NCBI RefSeq assembly: GCF_018350175.1
Contig: NC_058368.1
Coordinates: forward strand, 170,564,001 to 170,628,000
DNA length: 64,000 bases
Reading direction: 5' to 3'
Origin: Felis catus
Taxonomy: Eukaryota
The notes below the pieces were generated by a model that saw nothing but the letters and a program-made list of their open reading frames with translations, was not told the origin of the DNA and made no database searches. Position 1 is the first letter of the stretch; every line of letters begins with the position of its first letter. Both the position numbers and the translations under genes were made by a program. Of the stretch, positions 63,853-64,000 are shown in pieces.

Positions 63853-64000
63853 TAATTGTTTTTAAAAGAGAAGTTGATCTAATACACTTTAAGTATAAGT
63901 AAAATCAAAGAGCAGAGGTACAGGGAACATAAAAACCTAGAATTGGGGTAGGTAATAAAAGACAAGACTTACGAATATACAATAAAAATGAGCTAACCTC

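Overview
AT-rich mammalian genomic DNA, almost certainly from a felid, judged by dense tRNA-Lys-derived Can-SINE/SINEC_Fc elements and L1_Fc-type 3' UTRs. Most long ORFs in the track are repeat-derived. Two things stand out. (1) A defective two-LTR betaretrovirus-like (class II/ERV2) provirus on the minus strand (3270-9454). It has a 6-bp TSD, a tRNA-Lys3-type PBS, a beta-type PPT, a degraded but recognisable beta-type env and an 11-aa integrase remnant. Its gag-pro-pol region is mostly replaced by an AT-rich non-coding segment, into which an L1 and a young SINE later inserted. (2) A dispersed series of six minus-strand ATG-to-splice-donor micro-exons in non-repetitive islands (61569-61658, 48154-48168, 25767/25803-25817, 25492-25524, 19075-19113, 10603-10608), all readable in phase 0. 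These suggest a gene with many alternative promoters and N-termini splicing to a common exon left of the window. I could not identify the gene. Repeat family names come from memory of consensus sequences, not from a database search; repeat boundaries are approximate.
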